From Schmidtea polychroa (Eukaryota): a DNA stretch of 64,000 bases. The DNA lies in contig CM097887.1 of NCBI GenBank assembly GCA_044892525.1, positions 107,176,397-107,240,396 on the forward strand, in the 5' to 3' direction. How positions within the stretch are numbered: the stretch's first letter is position 1; each line of letters starts with the position of its first letter. Both the position numbers and the translations under genes were made by a program. The notes beneath the pieces were generated by a model. That model ran no database searches. It had not been told where the DNA came from and saw only the letters and a program-made list of their open reading frames with translations. Of this stretch, positions 28,301-41,882 are shown in pieces.

Positions 28301-31300
28301 TGCTTAGATTAAATATGCGGGATATTCGTTATTGGGAAATTATTTACGAAACCGAGGTATAGGGGGAAAGTCTCACCATATACTAGGAAGTGTAAATATA
28401 TATTTTATCTATTTTATATGTTATTTATATTAGTATGTAAACTAATGTGGGCTCAAATGAGCATCGGTAAAATCAGACATCAGCGTATGTCGACTTTGGT
28501 TACCCTGCGAGGGTCTATCACGAAAGTGATAAAAGCTGTTAATTATTTTATTTTTAGAAAAATGAATTATAACAGAGAACCAAAACCACCAGTCAAAGCA
28601 AATCGACGACACCCATTGGCAACGTACAATTCCCAGACTCGAGTTGAAACTGAAGTATATAGTACATACAAAGAAGAGTACGTATACAGGTTCATCGGAA
28701 CTACGGTCGCAGCAAAAATGAATCACCTCACCTCAAACTATTGGTATTATCCCAGGAGAGTGGATATTCCAAACGATTTCAAATTCGCAGGAGGGCCTCG
28801 AAAGCAAATGATGATAACGGTTATAAATAACCAAGGTAGATTAAAATTGGCGGAACTATGTAGAGATTATGGTTCATGTCCGAAATTGGAAAGCATTTGG
28901 ATCCATGCGATCAATAGGCCATTCACTGTGTTTATGGCGGGATTAGAGTTACCTGTTGAATTAGAAAAACAGTGTACTCTGGAGATATACCACGCTGATG
29001 GACGAGAACGGAATATTATGATCCAGGCAGCAGCAGTTGATACCATAATCGCAGTAGAAATCTTGGATTTCAGGAAGCCATACTCTATAGTTAGCAAAAA
29101 CGAGCCAACTTGGATTTACAATGTAAATAAAGTTGATATACAGCAGTGTAAATCATTTGTGAGGAAGAAGTTAACCAAAGCCGAGGAGGACGAGGCTACA
29201 ATTTTCATATCGGCAGGTTTTGCCAAATCCCGAATCGAACTGAAGGAGACAATTATCCAAATCGCAATTATGGATATGAGGGGAAATAATTTATTGAGTG
29301 CGGTAGTGACTCCCAGAGACCCTGTAAAACACTACCAAACGCACCAATACAAGTTAAAGGAACCTGATATTAGAGGAAACCTCGACGAAGATGATTGTTA
29401 TCCTCTGATAAGATCTGCGATAAGAAAATACTTGTAGGTATTTTGCTTAAAGATCTGATCTCGGTAGCCAATCTACCAGTGCAGCGGATACTGAGTATTC
29501 GTGACCTTTCTGCAAATAAACTATTGGAAACCAGAGGAGTCCCAATGATTCATGGTCATTACAGATTGGGATTCCCGACGAAAACTTTCCTGCGTACAGT
29601 TCCCGGAGAACCAAGGAATTTAGTGGTCACCAATGAGGCACTGGCGATACGTGCGGTTTATTTACATTTCAGAAACGAATGGTTAGACCATATCACGAAA
29701 CCCCAGGAGGAATTCATTTCCGTAACTACAGCAGCGATAGTTGAGCAGGAAATGACGCAAAAGAGGAGATTACCCGAGCAACCATCTACATCAGGGCAAC
29801 CCAAGCCTAAGAGAAAATCACCTGTGGACTTACCACCGCCTCCAGCTATATCTATTGGAGAAGAAGATGAATATGAAACATGCGTTAGCGAAACGGAGAC
29901 AGCAAAATCACCCAAACAATCATCGGGAGCTGCCTATCAGCCAAAGAATAAATCGGAAAATGCGGTCAGAAAAGAAAATCCAGAAGGAGGCAAGGTGAAA
30001 AAGATGTTAAAGAAAATATTACCCATAAAAAGACAATTTTTTCAAATTTGTCAGACTTCCCGCCAACGGAAATTCTTCAACGATGTCTTATTTTAAAGCT
30101 CATTGCAATACCTTTCGAATGTGGTATAGAAATCCATATTATCAATATTATTGGTAAAGGTATTATTATTTTTTCAAAATATTATTTTTTCAAGGTCATT
30201 TATATTTTCAAGGTCAATCATATTTTCAAGGTCATATTTTAAAATTTAAATTTTTAGAGTTCCCACCAATGGAATTTATTGGCCGATGGCTAATTTTGAA
30301 GCCCACTGCAATACCTTTCGAATGACGTATAGATATTCATATTATCATTATTATTAATAAAGATATTATTTTTTCAAAATATTATTTTTCAAGGTCGTTT
30401 ATTTTTTCAAGGTTCAAAATCTGTTCAAAGCTACTGTTTTAGTCAATACGAACCAGATGAAATAATCGGTTCCATCGCCAAAAGTGATGCTCATCCTATT
30501 TGAATATATGCCTGAAAGATTGAAAGATTCAAGTTGAAAGACCTGAAATTAGAAGACAATCACAAGAAAATATTATCCGGACAATTGATGTCCGGACTGC
30601 AATACTTGCATAATTTGAATATCGCCCACTGCAATATCAATCCAAAAGACATTTTCGATGATATGGCAGAATTAAGATTAAAGATTTCAAACTTTGGAGG
30701 ACGAATAATAAAATTGCGCTTATCGTCATATTAGAAAATGACCAGCGAGTCGAGAGATTAGTGCTCAACCATGCTTATCTAAGTAGAAGATGGACAATCA
30801 AACCAGATACCGTGACAAAGGCGAACATTTCGTATTTGGAATTTACGGAGAGAACCGGTTGGTATATAATATATCAAGAAATAGTAAATCTAATACCTCC
30901 CACAAAAGGAGAACTAACTGGCAAAGAAGGAAAGGCTAGATTAGTGAGTATTCCTGGTTGTAAAGGAATAAAGGCTTTGAATTGGTTTAGTATCAGAAAG
31001 GTAGCGAGTGTAAACCAGCCCCGCATAAATAAATTAATTAATAATTGTAGAGTTCAAAATACGTTAAACGGGACAACGAGAGATAAAACCTCAACTTGGT
31101 TATTCTTAATCATGATAGGGGGAGTAATTTGCATGATTTTAATTTTGATATTAACCACCCTATGGATGCTTAGATTAAATATGCGGGATATTCGTTATTG
31201 GGAAATTATTTACGAAACCGAGGTATAGGGGGAAAGTCTCACCATATACTAGGAAGTGTAAATATATATTTTATCTATTTTATATGTTATTTATATTAGT

Positions 31301-34300
31301 ATGTAAACTAATGTGGGCTCAAATGAGCATCGGTAAAATCAGACATCAGCGTATGTCGACTTTGGTTACCCTGCGAGGGTCTATCACGAAAGTGATAAAA
31401 GCTGTTAATTATTTTATTTTTAGAAAAATGAATTATAACAGAGAACCAAAACCACCAGTCAAAGCAAATCGACGACACCCATTGGCAACGTACAATTCCC
31501 AGACTCGAGTTGAAACTGAAGTATATAGTACATACAAAGAAGAGTACGTATACAGGTTCATCGGAACTACGGTCGCAGCAAAAATGAATCACCTCACCTC
31601 AAACTATTGGTATTATCCCAGGAGAGTGGATATTCCAAACGATTTCAAATTCGCAGGAGGGCCTCGAAAGCAAATGATGATAACGGTTATAAATAACCAA
31701 GGTAGATTAAAATTGGCGGAACTATGTAGAGATTATGGTTCATGTCCGAAATTGGAAAGCATTTGGATCCATGCGATCAATAGGCCATTCACTGTGTTTA
31801 TGGCGGGATTAGAGTTACCTGTTGAATTAGAAAAACAGTGTACTCTGGAGATATACCACGCTGATGGACGAGAACGGAATATTATGATCCAGGCAGCAGC
31901 AGTTGATACCATAATCGCAGTAGAAATCTTGGATTTCAGGAAGCCATACTCTATAGTTAGCAAAAACGAGCCAACTTGGATTTACAATGTAAATAAAGTT
32001 GATATACAGCAGTGTAAATCATTTGTGAGGAAGAAGTTAACCAAAGCCGAGGAGGACGAGGCTACAATTTTCATATCGGCAGGTTTTGCCAAATCCCGAA
32101 TCGAACTGAAGGAGACAATTATCCAAATCGCAATTATGGATATGAGGGGAAATAATTTATTGAGTGCGGTAGTGACTCCCAGAGACCCTGTAAAACACTA
32201 CCAAACGCACCAATACAAGTTAAAGGAACCTGATATTAGAGGAAACCTCGACGAAGATGATTGTTATCCTCTGATAAGATCTGCGATAAGAAAATACTTG
32301 TAGGTATTTTGCTTAAAGATCTGATCTCGGTAGCCAATCTACCAGTGCAGCGGATACTGAGTATTCGTGACCTTTCTGCAAATAAACTATTGGAAACCAG
32401 AGGAGTCCCAATGATTCATGGTCATTACAGATTGGGATTCCCGACGAAAACTTTCCTGCGTACAGTTCCCGGAGAACCAAGGAATTTAGTGGTCACCAAT
32501 GAGGCACTGGCGATACGTGCGGTTTATTTACATTTCAGAAACAAATGGTTAGACCATATCACGAAACCCCAGGAGGAATTCATTTCCGTAACTACAGCAG
32601 CGATAGTTGAGCAGGAAATGACGCAAAAGAGGAGATTACCCGAGCAACCATCTACATCAGGGCAACCCAAGCCTAAGAGAAAATCACCTGTGGACTTACC
32701 ACCGCCTCCAGCTATATCTATTGGAGAAGAAGATGAATATGAAACATGCGTTAGCGAAACGGAGACAGCAAAATCACCCAAACAATCATCGGGAGCTGCC
32801 TATCAGCCAAAGAATAAATCGGAAAATGCGGTCAGAAAAGAAAATCCAGAAGGAGGCAAGGTGAAAAAGATGTTAAAGAAAATATTACCCATAAAAAGAC
32901 AATTTTTTCAAATTTGTCAGACTTCCCGCCAACGGAAATTCTTCAACGATGTCTTATTTTAAAGCTCATTGCAATACCTTTCGAATGTGGTATAGAAATC
33001 CATATTATCAATATTATTGGTAAAGGTATTATTATTTTTTCAAAATATTATTTTTTCAAGGTCATTTATATTTTCAAGGTCAATCATATTTTCAAGGTCA
33101 TATTTTAAAATTTAAATTTTTAGAGTTCCCACCAATGGAATTTATTGGCCGATGGCTAATTTTGAAGCCCACTGCAATACCTTTCGAATGACGTATAGAT
33201 ATTCATATTATCATTATTATTAATAAAGATATTATTTTTTCAAAATATTATTTTTCAAGGTCGTTTATTTTTTCAAGGTTCAAAATCTGTTCAAAGCTAC
33301 TGTTTTAGTCAATACGAACCAGATGAAATAATCGGTTCCATCGCCAAAAGTGATGCTCATCCTATTTGAATATATGCCTGAAAGATTGAAAGATTCAAGT
33401 TGAAAGACCTGAAATTAGAAGACAATCACAAGAAAATATTATCCGGACAATTGATGTCCGGACTGCAATACTTGCATAATTTGAATATCGCCCACTGCAA
33501 TATCAATCCAAAAGACATTTTCGATGATATGGCAGAATTAAGATTAAAGATTTCAAACTTTGGAGGACGAATAATAAAATTGCGCTTATCGTCATATTAG
33601 AAAATGACCAGCGAGTCGAGAGATTAGTGCTCAACCATGCTTATCTAAGTAGAAGATGGACAATCAAACCAGATACCGTGACAAAGGCGAACATTTCGTA
33701 TTTGGAATTTACGGAGAGAACCGGTTGGTATATAATATATCAAGAAATAGTAAATCTAATACCTCCCACAAAAGGAGAACTAACTGGCAAAGAAGGAAAG
33801 GCTAGATTAGTGAGTATTCCTGGTTGTAAAGGAATAAAGGCTTTGAATTGGTTTAGTATCAGAAAGGTAGCGAGTGTAAACCAGCCCCGCATAAATAAAT
33901 TAATTAATAATTGTAGAGTTCAAAATACGTTAAACGGGACAACGAGAGATAAAACCTCAACTTGGTTATTCTTAATCATGATAGGGGGAGTAATTTGCAT
34001 GATTTTAATTTTGATATTAACCACCCTATGGATGCTTAGATTAAATATGCGGGATATTCGTTATTGGGAAATTATTTACGAAACCGAGGTATAGGGGGAA
34101 AGTCTCACCATATACTAGGAAGTGTAAATATATATTTTATCTATTTTATATGTTATTTATATTAGTATGTAAACTAATGTGGGCTCAAATGAGCATCGGT
34201 AAAATCAGACATCAGCGTATGTCGACTTTGGTTACCCTGCGAGGGTCTATCACGAAAGTGATAAAAGCTGTTAATTATTTTATTTTTAGAAAAATGAATT

Positions 34301-37300
34301 ATAACAGAGAACCAAAACCACCAGTCAAAGCAAATCGACGACACCCATTGGCAACGTACAATTCCCAGACTCGAGTTGAAACTGAAGTATATAGTACATA
34401 CAAAGAAGAGTACGTATACAGGTTCATCGGAACTACGGTCGCAGCAAAAATGAATCACCTCACCTCAAACTATTGGTATTATCCCAGGAGAGTGGATATT
34501 CCAAACGATTTCAAATTCGCAGGAGGGCCTCGAAAGCAAATGATGATAACGGTTATAAATAACCAAGGTAGATTAAAATTGGCGGAACTATGTAGAGATT
34601 ATGGTTCATGTCCGAAATTGGAAAGCATTTGGATCCATGCGATCAATAGGCCATTCACTGTGTTTATGGCGGGATTAGAGTTACCTGTTGAATTAGAAAA
34701 ACAGTGTACTCTGGAGATATACCACGCTGATGGACGAGAACGGAATATTATGATCCAGGCAGCAGCAGTTGATACCATAATCGCAGTAGAAATCTTGGAT
34801 TTCAGGAAGCCATACTCTATAGTTAGCAAAAACGAGCCAACTTGGATTTACAATGTAAATAAAGTTGATATACAGCAGTGTAAATCATTTGTGAGGAAGA
34901 AGTTAACCAAAGCCGAGGAGGACGAGGCTACAATTTTCATATCGGCAGGTTTTGCCAAATCCCGAATCGAACTGAAGGAGACAATTATCCAAATCGCAAT
35001 TATGGATATGAGGGGAAATAATTTATTGAGTGCGGTAGTGACTCCCAGAGACCCTGTAAAACACTACCAAACGCACCAATACAAGTTAAAGGAACCTGAT
35101 ATTAGAGGAAACCTCGACGAAGATGATTGTTATCCTCTGATAAGATCTGCGATAAGAAAATACTTGTAGGTATTTTGCTTAAAGATCTGATCTCGGTAGC
35201 CAATCTACCAGTGCAGCGGATACTGAGTATTCGTGACCTTTCTGCAAATAAACTATTGGAAACCAGAGGAGTCCCAATGATTCATGGTCATTACAGATTG
35301 GGATTCCCGACGAAAACTTTCCTGCGTACAGTTCCCGGAGAACCAAGGAATTTAGTGGTCACCAATGAGGCACTGGCGATACGTGCGGTTTATTTACATT
35401 TCAGAAACAAATGGTTAGACCATATCACGAAACCCCAGGAGGAATTCATTTCCGTAACTACAGCAGCGATAGTTGAGCAGGAAATGACGCAAAAGAGGAG
35501 ATTACCCGAGCAACCATCTACATCAGGGCAACCCAAGCCTAAGAGAAAATCACCTGTGGACTTACCACCGCCTCCAGCTATATCTATTGGAGAAGAAGAT
35601 GAATATGAAACATGCGTTAGCGAAACGGAGACAGCAAAATCACCCAAACAATCATCGGGAGCTGCCTATCAGCCAAAGAATAAATCGGAAAATGCGGTCA
35701 GAAAAGAAAATCCAGAAGGAGGCAAGGTGAAAAAGATGTTAAAGAAAATATTACCCATAAAAAGACAATTTTTTCAAATTTGTCAGACTTCCCGCCAACG
35801 GAAATTCTTCAACGATGTCTTATTTTAAAGCTCATTGCAATACCTTTCGAATGTGGTATAGAAATCCATATTATCAATATTATTGGTAAAGGTATTATTA
35901 TTTTTTCAAAATATTATTTTTTCAAGGTCATTTATATTTTCAAGGTCAATCATATTTTCAAGGTCATATTTTAAAATTTAAATTTTTAGAGTTCCCACCA
36001 ATGGAATTTATTGGCCGATGGCTAATTTTGAAGCCCACTGCAATACCTTTCGAATGACGTATAGATATTCATATTATCATTATTATTAATAAAGATATTA
36101 TTTTTTCAAAATATTATTTTTCAAGGTCGTTTATTTTTTCAAGGTTCAAAATCTGTTCAAAGCTACTGTTTTAGTCAATACGAACCAGATGAAATAATCG
36201 GTTCCATCGCCAAAAGTGATGCTCATCCTATTTGAATATATGCCTGAAAGATTGAAAGATTCAAGTTGAAAGACCTGAAATTAGAAGACAATCACAAGAA
36301 AATATTATCCGGACAATTGATGTCCGGACTGCAATACTTGCATAATTTGAATATCGCCCACTGCAATATCAATCCAAAAGACATTTTCGATGATATGGCA
36401 GAATTAAGATTAAAGATTTCAAACTTTGGAGGACGAATAATAAAATTGCGCTTATCGTCATATTAGAAAATGACCAGCGAGTCGAGAGATTAGTGCTCAA
36501 CCATGCTTATCTAAGTAGAAGATGGACAATCAAACCAGATACCGTGACAAAGGCGAACATTTCGTATTTGGAATTTACGGAGAGAACCGGTTGGTATATA
36601 ATATATCAAGAAATAGTAAATCTAATACCTCCCACAAAAGGAGAACTAACTGGCAAAGAAGGAAAGGCTAGATTAGTGAGTATTCCTGGTTGTAAAGGAA
36701 TAAAGGATTTGAATTGGTTTAGTATCAGAAAGGTAGCGAGTGTAAACCAGCCCCGCATAAATAAATTAATTAATAATTGTAGAGTTCAAAATACGTTAAA
36801 CGGGACAACGAGAGATAAAACCTCAACTTGGTTATTCTTAATCATGATAGGGGGAGTAATTTGCATGATTTTAATTTTGATATTAACCACCCTATGGATG
36901 CTTAGATTAAATATGCGGGATATTCGTTATTGGGAAATTATTTACGAAACCGAGGTATAGGGGGAAAGTCTCACCATATACTAGGAAGTGTAAATATATA
37001 TTTTATCTATTTTATATGTTATTTATATTAGTATGTAAACTAATGTGGGCTCAAATGAGCATCGGTAAAATCAGACATCAGCGTATGTCGACTTTGGTTA
37101 CCCTGCGAGGGTCTATCACGAAAGTGATAAAAGCTGTTAATTATTTTATTTTTAGAAAAATGAATTATAACAGAGAACCAAAACCACCAGTCAAAGCAAA
37201 TCGACGACACCCATTGGCAACGTACAATTCCCAGACTCGAGTTGAAACTGAAGTATATAGTACATACAAAGAAGAGTACGTATACAGGTTCATCGGAACT

Positions 37301-40300
37301 ACGGTCGCAGCAAAAATGAATCACCTCACCTCAAACTATTGGTATTATCCCAGGAGAGTGGATATTCCAAACGATTTCAAATTCGCAGGAGGGCCTCGAA
37401 AGCAAATGATGATAACGGTTATAAATAACCAAGGTAGATTAAAATTGGCGGAACTATGTAGAGATTATGGTTCATGTCCGAAATTGGAAAGCATTTGGAT
37501 CCATGCGATCAATAGGCCATTCACTGTGTTTATGGCGGGATTAGAGTTACCTGTTGAATTAGAAAAACAGTGTACTCTGGAGATATACCACGCTGATGGA
37601 CGAGAACGGAATATTATGATCCAGGCAGCAGCAGTTGATACCATAATCGCAGTAGAAATCTTGGATTTCAGGAAGCCATACTCTATAGTTAGCAAAAACG
37701 AGCCAACTTGGATTTACAATGTAAATAAAGTTGATATACAGCAGTGTAAATCATTTGTGAGGAAGAAGTTAACCAAAGCCGAGGAGGACGAGGCTACAAT
37801 TTTCATATCGGCAGGTTTTGCCAAATCCCGAATCGAACTGAAGGAGACAATTATCCAAATCGCAATTATGGATATGAGGGGAAATAATTTATTGAGTGCG
37901 GTAGTGACTCCCAGAGACCCTGTAAAACACTACCAAACGCACCAATACAAGTTAAAGGAACCTGATATTAGAGGAAACCTCGACGAAGATGATTGTTATC
38001 CTCTGATAAGATCTGCGATAAGAAAATACTTGTAGGTATTTTGCTTAAAGATCTGATCTCGGTAGCCAATCTACCAGTGCAGCGGATACTGAGTATTCGT
38101 GACCTTTCTGCAAATAAACTATTGGAAACCAGAGGAGTCCCAATGATTCATGGTCATTACAGATTGGGATTCCCGACGAAAACTTTCCTGCGTACAGTTC
38201 CCGGAGAACCAAGGAATTTAGTGGTCACCAATGAGGCACTGGCGATACGTGCGGTTTATTTACATTTCAGAAACGAATGGTTAGACCATATCACGAAACC
38301 CCAGGAGGAATTCATTTCCGTAACTACAGCAGCGATAGTTGAGCAGGAAATGACGCAAAAGAGGAGATTACCCGAGCAACCATCTACATCAGGGCAACCC
38401 AAGCCTAAGAGAAAATCACCTGTGGACTTACCACCGCCTCCAGCTATATCTATTGGAGAAGAAGATGAATATGAAACATGCGTTAGCGAAACGGAGACAG
38501 CAAAATCACCCAAACAATCATCGGGAGCTGCCTATCAGCCAAAGAATAAATCGGAAAATGCGGTCAGAAAAGAAAATCCAGAAGGAGGCAAGGTGAAAAA
38601 GATGTTAAAGAAAATATTACCCATAAAAAGACAATTTTTTCAAATTTGTCAGACTTCCCGCCAACGGAAATTCTTCAACGATGTCTTATTTTAAAGCTCA
38701 TTGCAATACCTTTCGAATGTGGTATAGAAATCCATATTATCAATATTATTGGTAAAGGTATTATTATTTTTTCAAAATATTATTTTTTCAAGGTCATTTA
38801 TATTTTCAAGGTCAATCATATTTTCAAGGTCATATTTTAAAATTTAAATTTTTAGAGTTCCCACCAATGGAATTTATTGGCCGATGGCTAATTTTGAAGC
38901 CCACTGCAATACCTTTCGAATGACGTATAGATATTCATATTATCATTATTATTAATAAAGATATTATTTTTTCAAAATATTATTTTTCAAGGTCGTTTAT
39001 TTTTTCAAGGTTCAAAATCTGTTCAAAGCTACTGTTTTAGTCAATACGAACCAGATGAAATAATCGGTTCCATCGCCAAAAGTGATGCTCATCCTATTTG
39101 AATATATGCCTGAAAGATTGAAAGATTCAAGTTGAAAGACCTGAAATTAGAAGACAATCACAAGAAAATATTATCCGGACAATTGATGTCCGGACTGCAA
39201 TACTTGCATAATTTGAATATCGCCCACTGCAATATCAATCCAAAAGACATTTTCGATGATATGGCAGAATTAAGATTAAAGATTTCAAACTTTGGAGGAC
39301 GAATAATAAAATTGCGCTTATCGTCATATTAGAAAATGACCAGCGAGTCGAGAGATTAGTGCTCAACCATGCTTATCTAAGTAGAAGATGGACAATCAAA
39401 CCAGATACCGTGACAAAGGCGAACATTTCGTATTTGGAATTTACGGAGAGAACCGGTTGGTATATAATATATCAAGAAATAGTAAATCTAATACCTCCCA
39501 CAAAAGGAGAACTAACTGGCAAAGAAGGAAAGGCTAGATTAGTGAGTATTCCTGGTTGTAAAGGAATAAAGGATTTGAATTGGTTTAGTATCAGAAAGGT
39601 AGCGAGTGTAAACCAGCCCCGCATAAATAAATTAATTAATAATTGTAGAGTTCAAAATACGTTAAACGGGACAACGAGAGATAAAACCTCAACTTGGTTA
39701 TTCTTAATCATGATAGGGGGAGTAATTTGCATGATTTTAATTTTGATATTAACCACCCTATGGATGCTTAGATTAAATATGCGGGATATTCGTTATTGGG
39801 AAATTATTTACGAAACCGAGGTATAGGGGGAAAGTCTCACCATATACTAGGAAGTGTAAATATATATTTTATCTATTTTATATGTTATTTATATTAGTAT
39901 GTAAACTAATGTGGGCTCAAATGAGCATCGGTAAAATCAGACATCAGCGTATGTCGACTTTGGTTACCCTGCGAGGGTCTATCACGAAAGTGATAAAAGC
40001 TGTTAATTATTTTATTTTTAGAAAAATGAATTATAACAGAGAACCAAAACCACCAGTCAAAGCAAATCGACGACACCCATTGGCAACGTACAATTCCCAG
40101 ACTCGAGTTGAAACTGAAGTATATAGTACATACAAAGAAGAGTACGTATACAGGTTCATCGGAACTACGGTCGCAGCAAAAATGAATCACCTCACCTCAA
40201 ACTATTGGTATTATCCCAGGAGAGTGGATATTCCAAACGATTTCAAATTCGCAGGAGGGCCTCGAAAGCAAATGATGATAACGGTTATAAATAACCAAGG

Positions 40301-41882
40301 TAGATTAAAATTGGCGGAACTATGTAGAGATTATGGTTCATGTCCGAAATTGGAAAGCATTTGGATCCATGCGATCAATAGGCCATTCACTGTGTTTATG
40401 GCGGGATTAGAGTTACCTGTTGAATTAGAAAAACAGTGTACTCTGGAGATATACCACGCTGATGGACGAGAACGGAATATTATGATCCAGGCAGCAGCAG
40501 TTGATACCATAATCGCAGTAGAAATCTTGGATTTCAGGAAGCCATACTCTATAGTTAGCAAAAACGAGCCAACTTGGATTTACAATGTAAATAAAGTTGA
40601 TATACAGCAGTGTAAATCATTTGTGAGGAAGAAGTTAACCAAAGCCGAGGAGGACGAGGCTACAATTTTCATATCGGCAGGTTTTGCCAAATCCCGAATC
40701 GAACTGAAGGAGACAATTATCCAAATCGCAATTATGGATATGAGGGGAAATAATTTATTGAGTGCGGTAGTGACTCCCAGAGACCCTGTAAAACACTACC
40801 AAACGCACCAATACAAGTTAAAGGAACCTGATATTAGAGGAAACCTCGACGAAGATGATTGTTATCCTCTGATAAGATCTGCGATAAGAAAATACTTGTA
40901 GGTATTTTGCTTAAAGATCTGATCTCGGTAGCCAATCTACCAGTGCAGCGGATACTGAGTATTCGTGACCTTTCTGCAAATAAACTATTGGAAACCAGAG
41001 GAGTCCCAATGATTCATGGTCATTACAGATTGGGATTCCCGACGAAAACTTTCCTGCGTACGGTTCCCGGAGAACCAAGGAATTTAGTGGTCACCAATGA
41101 GGCACTGGCGATACGTGCGGTTTATTTACATCTCAGAAACGAATGGTTAGACCATATCACGAAACCCCAGGAGGAATTCATTTCCGTAACTACAGCAGCG
41201 ATAGTTGAGCAGGAAATGACGCAAAAGAGGAGATTACCCGAGCAACCATCTACATCAGGGCAACCCAAGCCTAAGAGAAAATCACCTGTGGACTTACCAC
41301 CGCCTCCAGCTATATCTATTGGAGAAGAAGATGAATATGAAACATGCGTTAGCGAAACGGAGACAGCAAAATCACCCAAACAATCATCGGGAGCTGCCTA
41401 TCAGCCAAAGGATAAATCGGAAAATGCGGTCAGAAAAGAAAATCCAGAAGGAGGCAAGGTGAAAAAGATGTTAAAGAAAATATTACCCATAAAAAGACAA
41501 TTTTTTCAAATTTGTCAGACTTCCCGCCAACGGAAATTCTTCAACGATGTCTTATTTTAAAGCTCATTGCAATACCTTTCGAATGTGGTATAGAAATCCA
41601 TATTATCAATATTATTGGTAAAGATATTATTATTTTTTCAAAATATTATTTTTTCAAGGTCATATTACTATTTTTTCAAAATATTATTTTTTCAAGGTCA
41701 TTCATATTTTCAAGGTCATTCATATTTTCAAGGTCCATCATATTTTTAAGGTCATATTTTAAAATTTAAATTTTTAGAGTTCCCACCAGTGGAATTTATT
41801 TGCCGATGGCTAATTTTGAAGCCCACTGCAATACCTTTCGAATGACGTATAGATATTCATATTATCATTATTATTAATAAAG

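Larger units (their letters stand above)
1..41882 (+). repeat. Head-to-tail tandem array of a ~2,866-bp unit (14 full periods plus ~0.6; runs off the window's left edge)
   Basis: ACTCGAGTTGAAACTG recurs at 1, 2867, 5733, 8581, 11445, 14311, 17177, 20043, 22907, 25771, 28637, 31503, 34369, 37235 and 40101 (periods 2866, 2864 or 2848). The ORF track repeats with only a few SNPs per unit. Confidence 0.99.

Noticed and set aside
1-41882. CRISPR array or prokaryotic operon interpretation
   Set aside because: The unit is 2.9 kb with no repeat-spacer structure or cas genes. The context (Gypsy, hAT MITE, microsatellites, splice signals) is eukaryotic.
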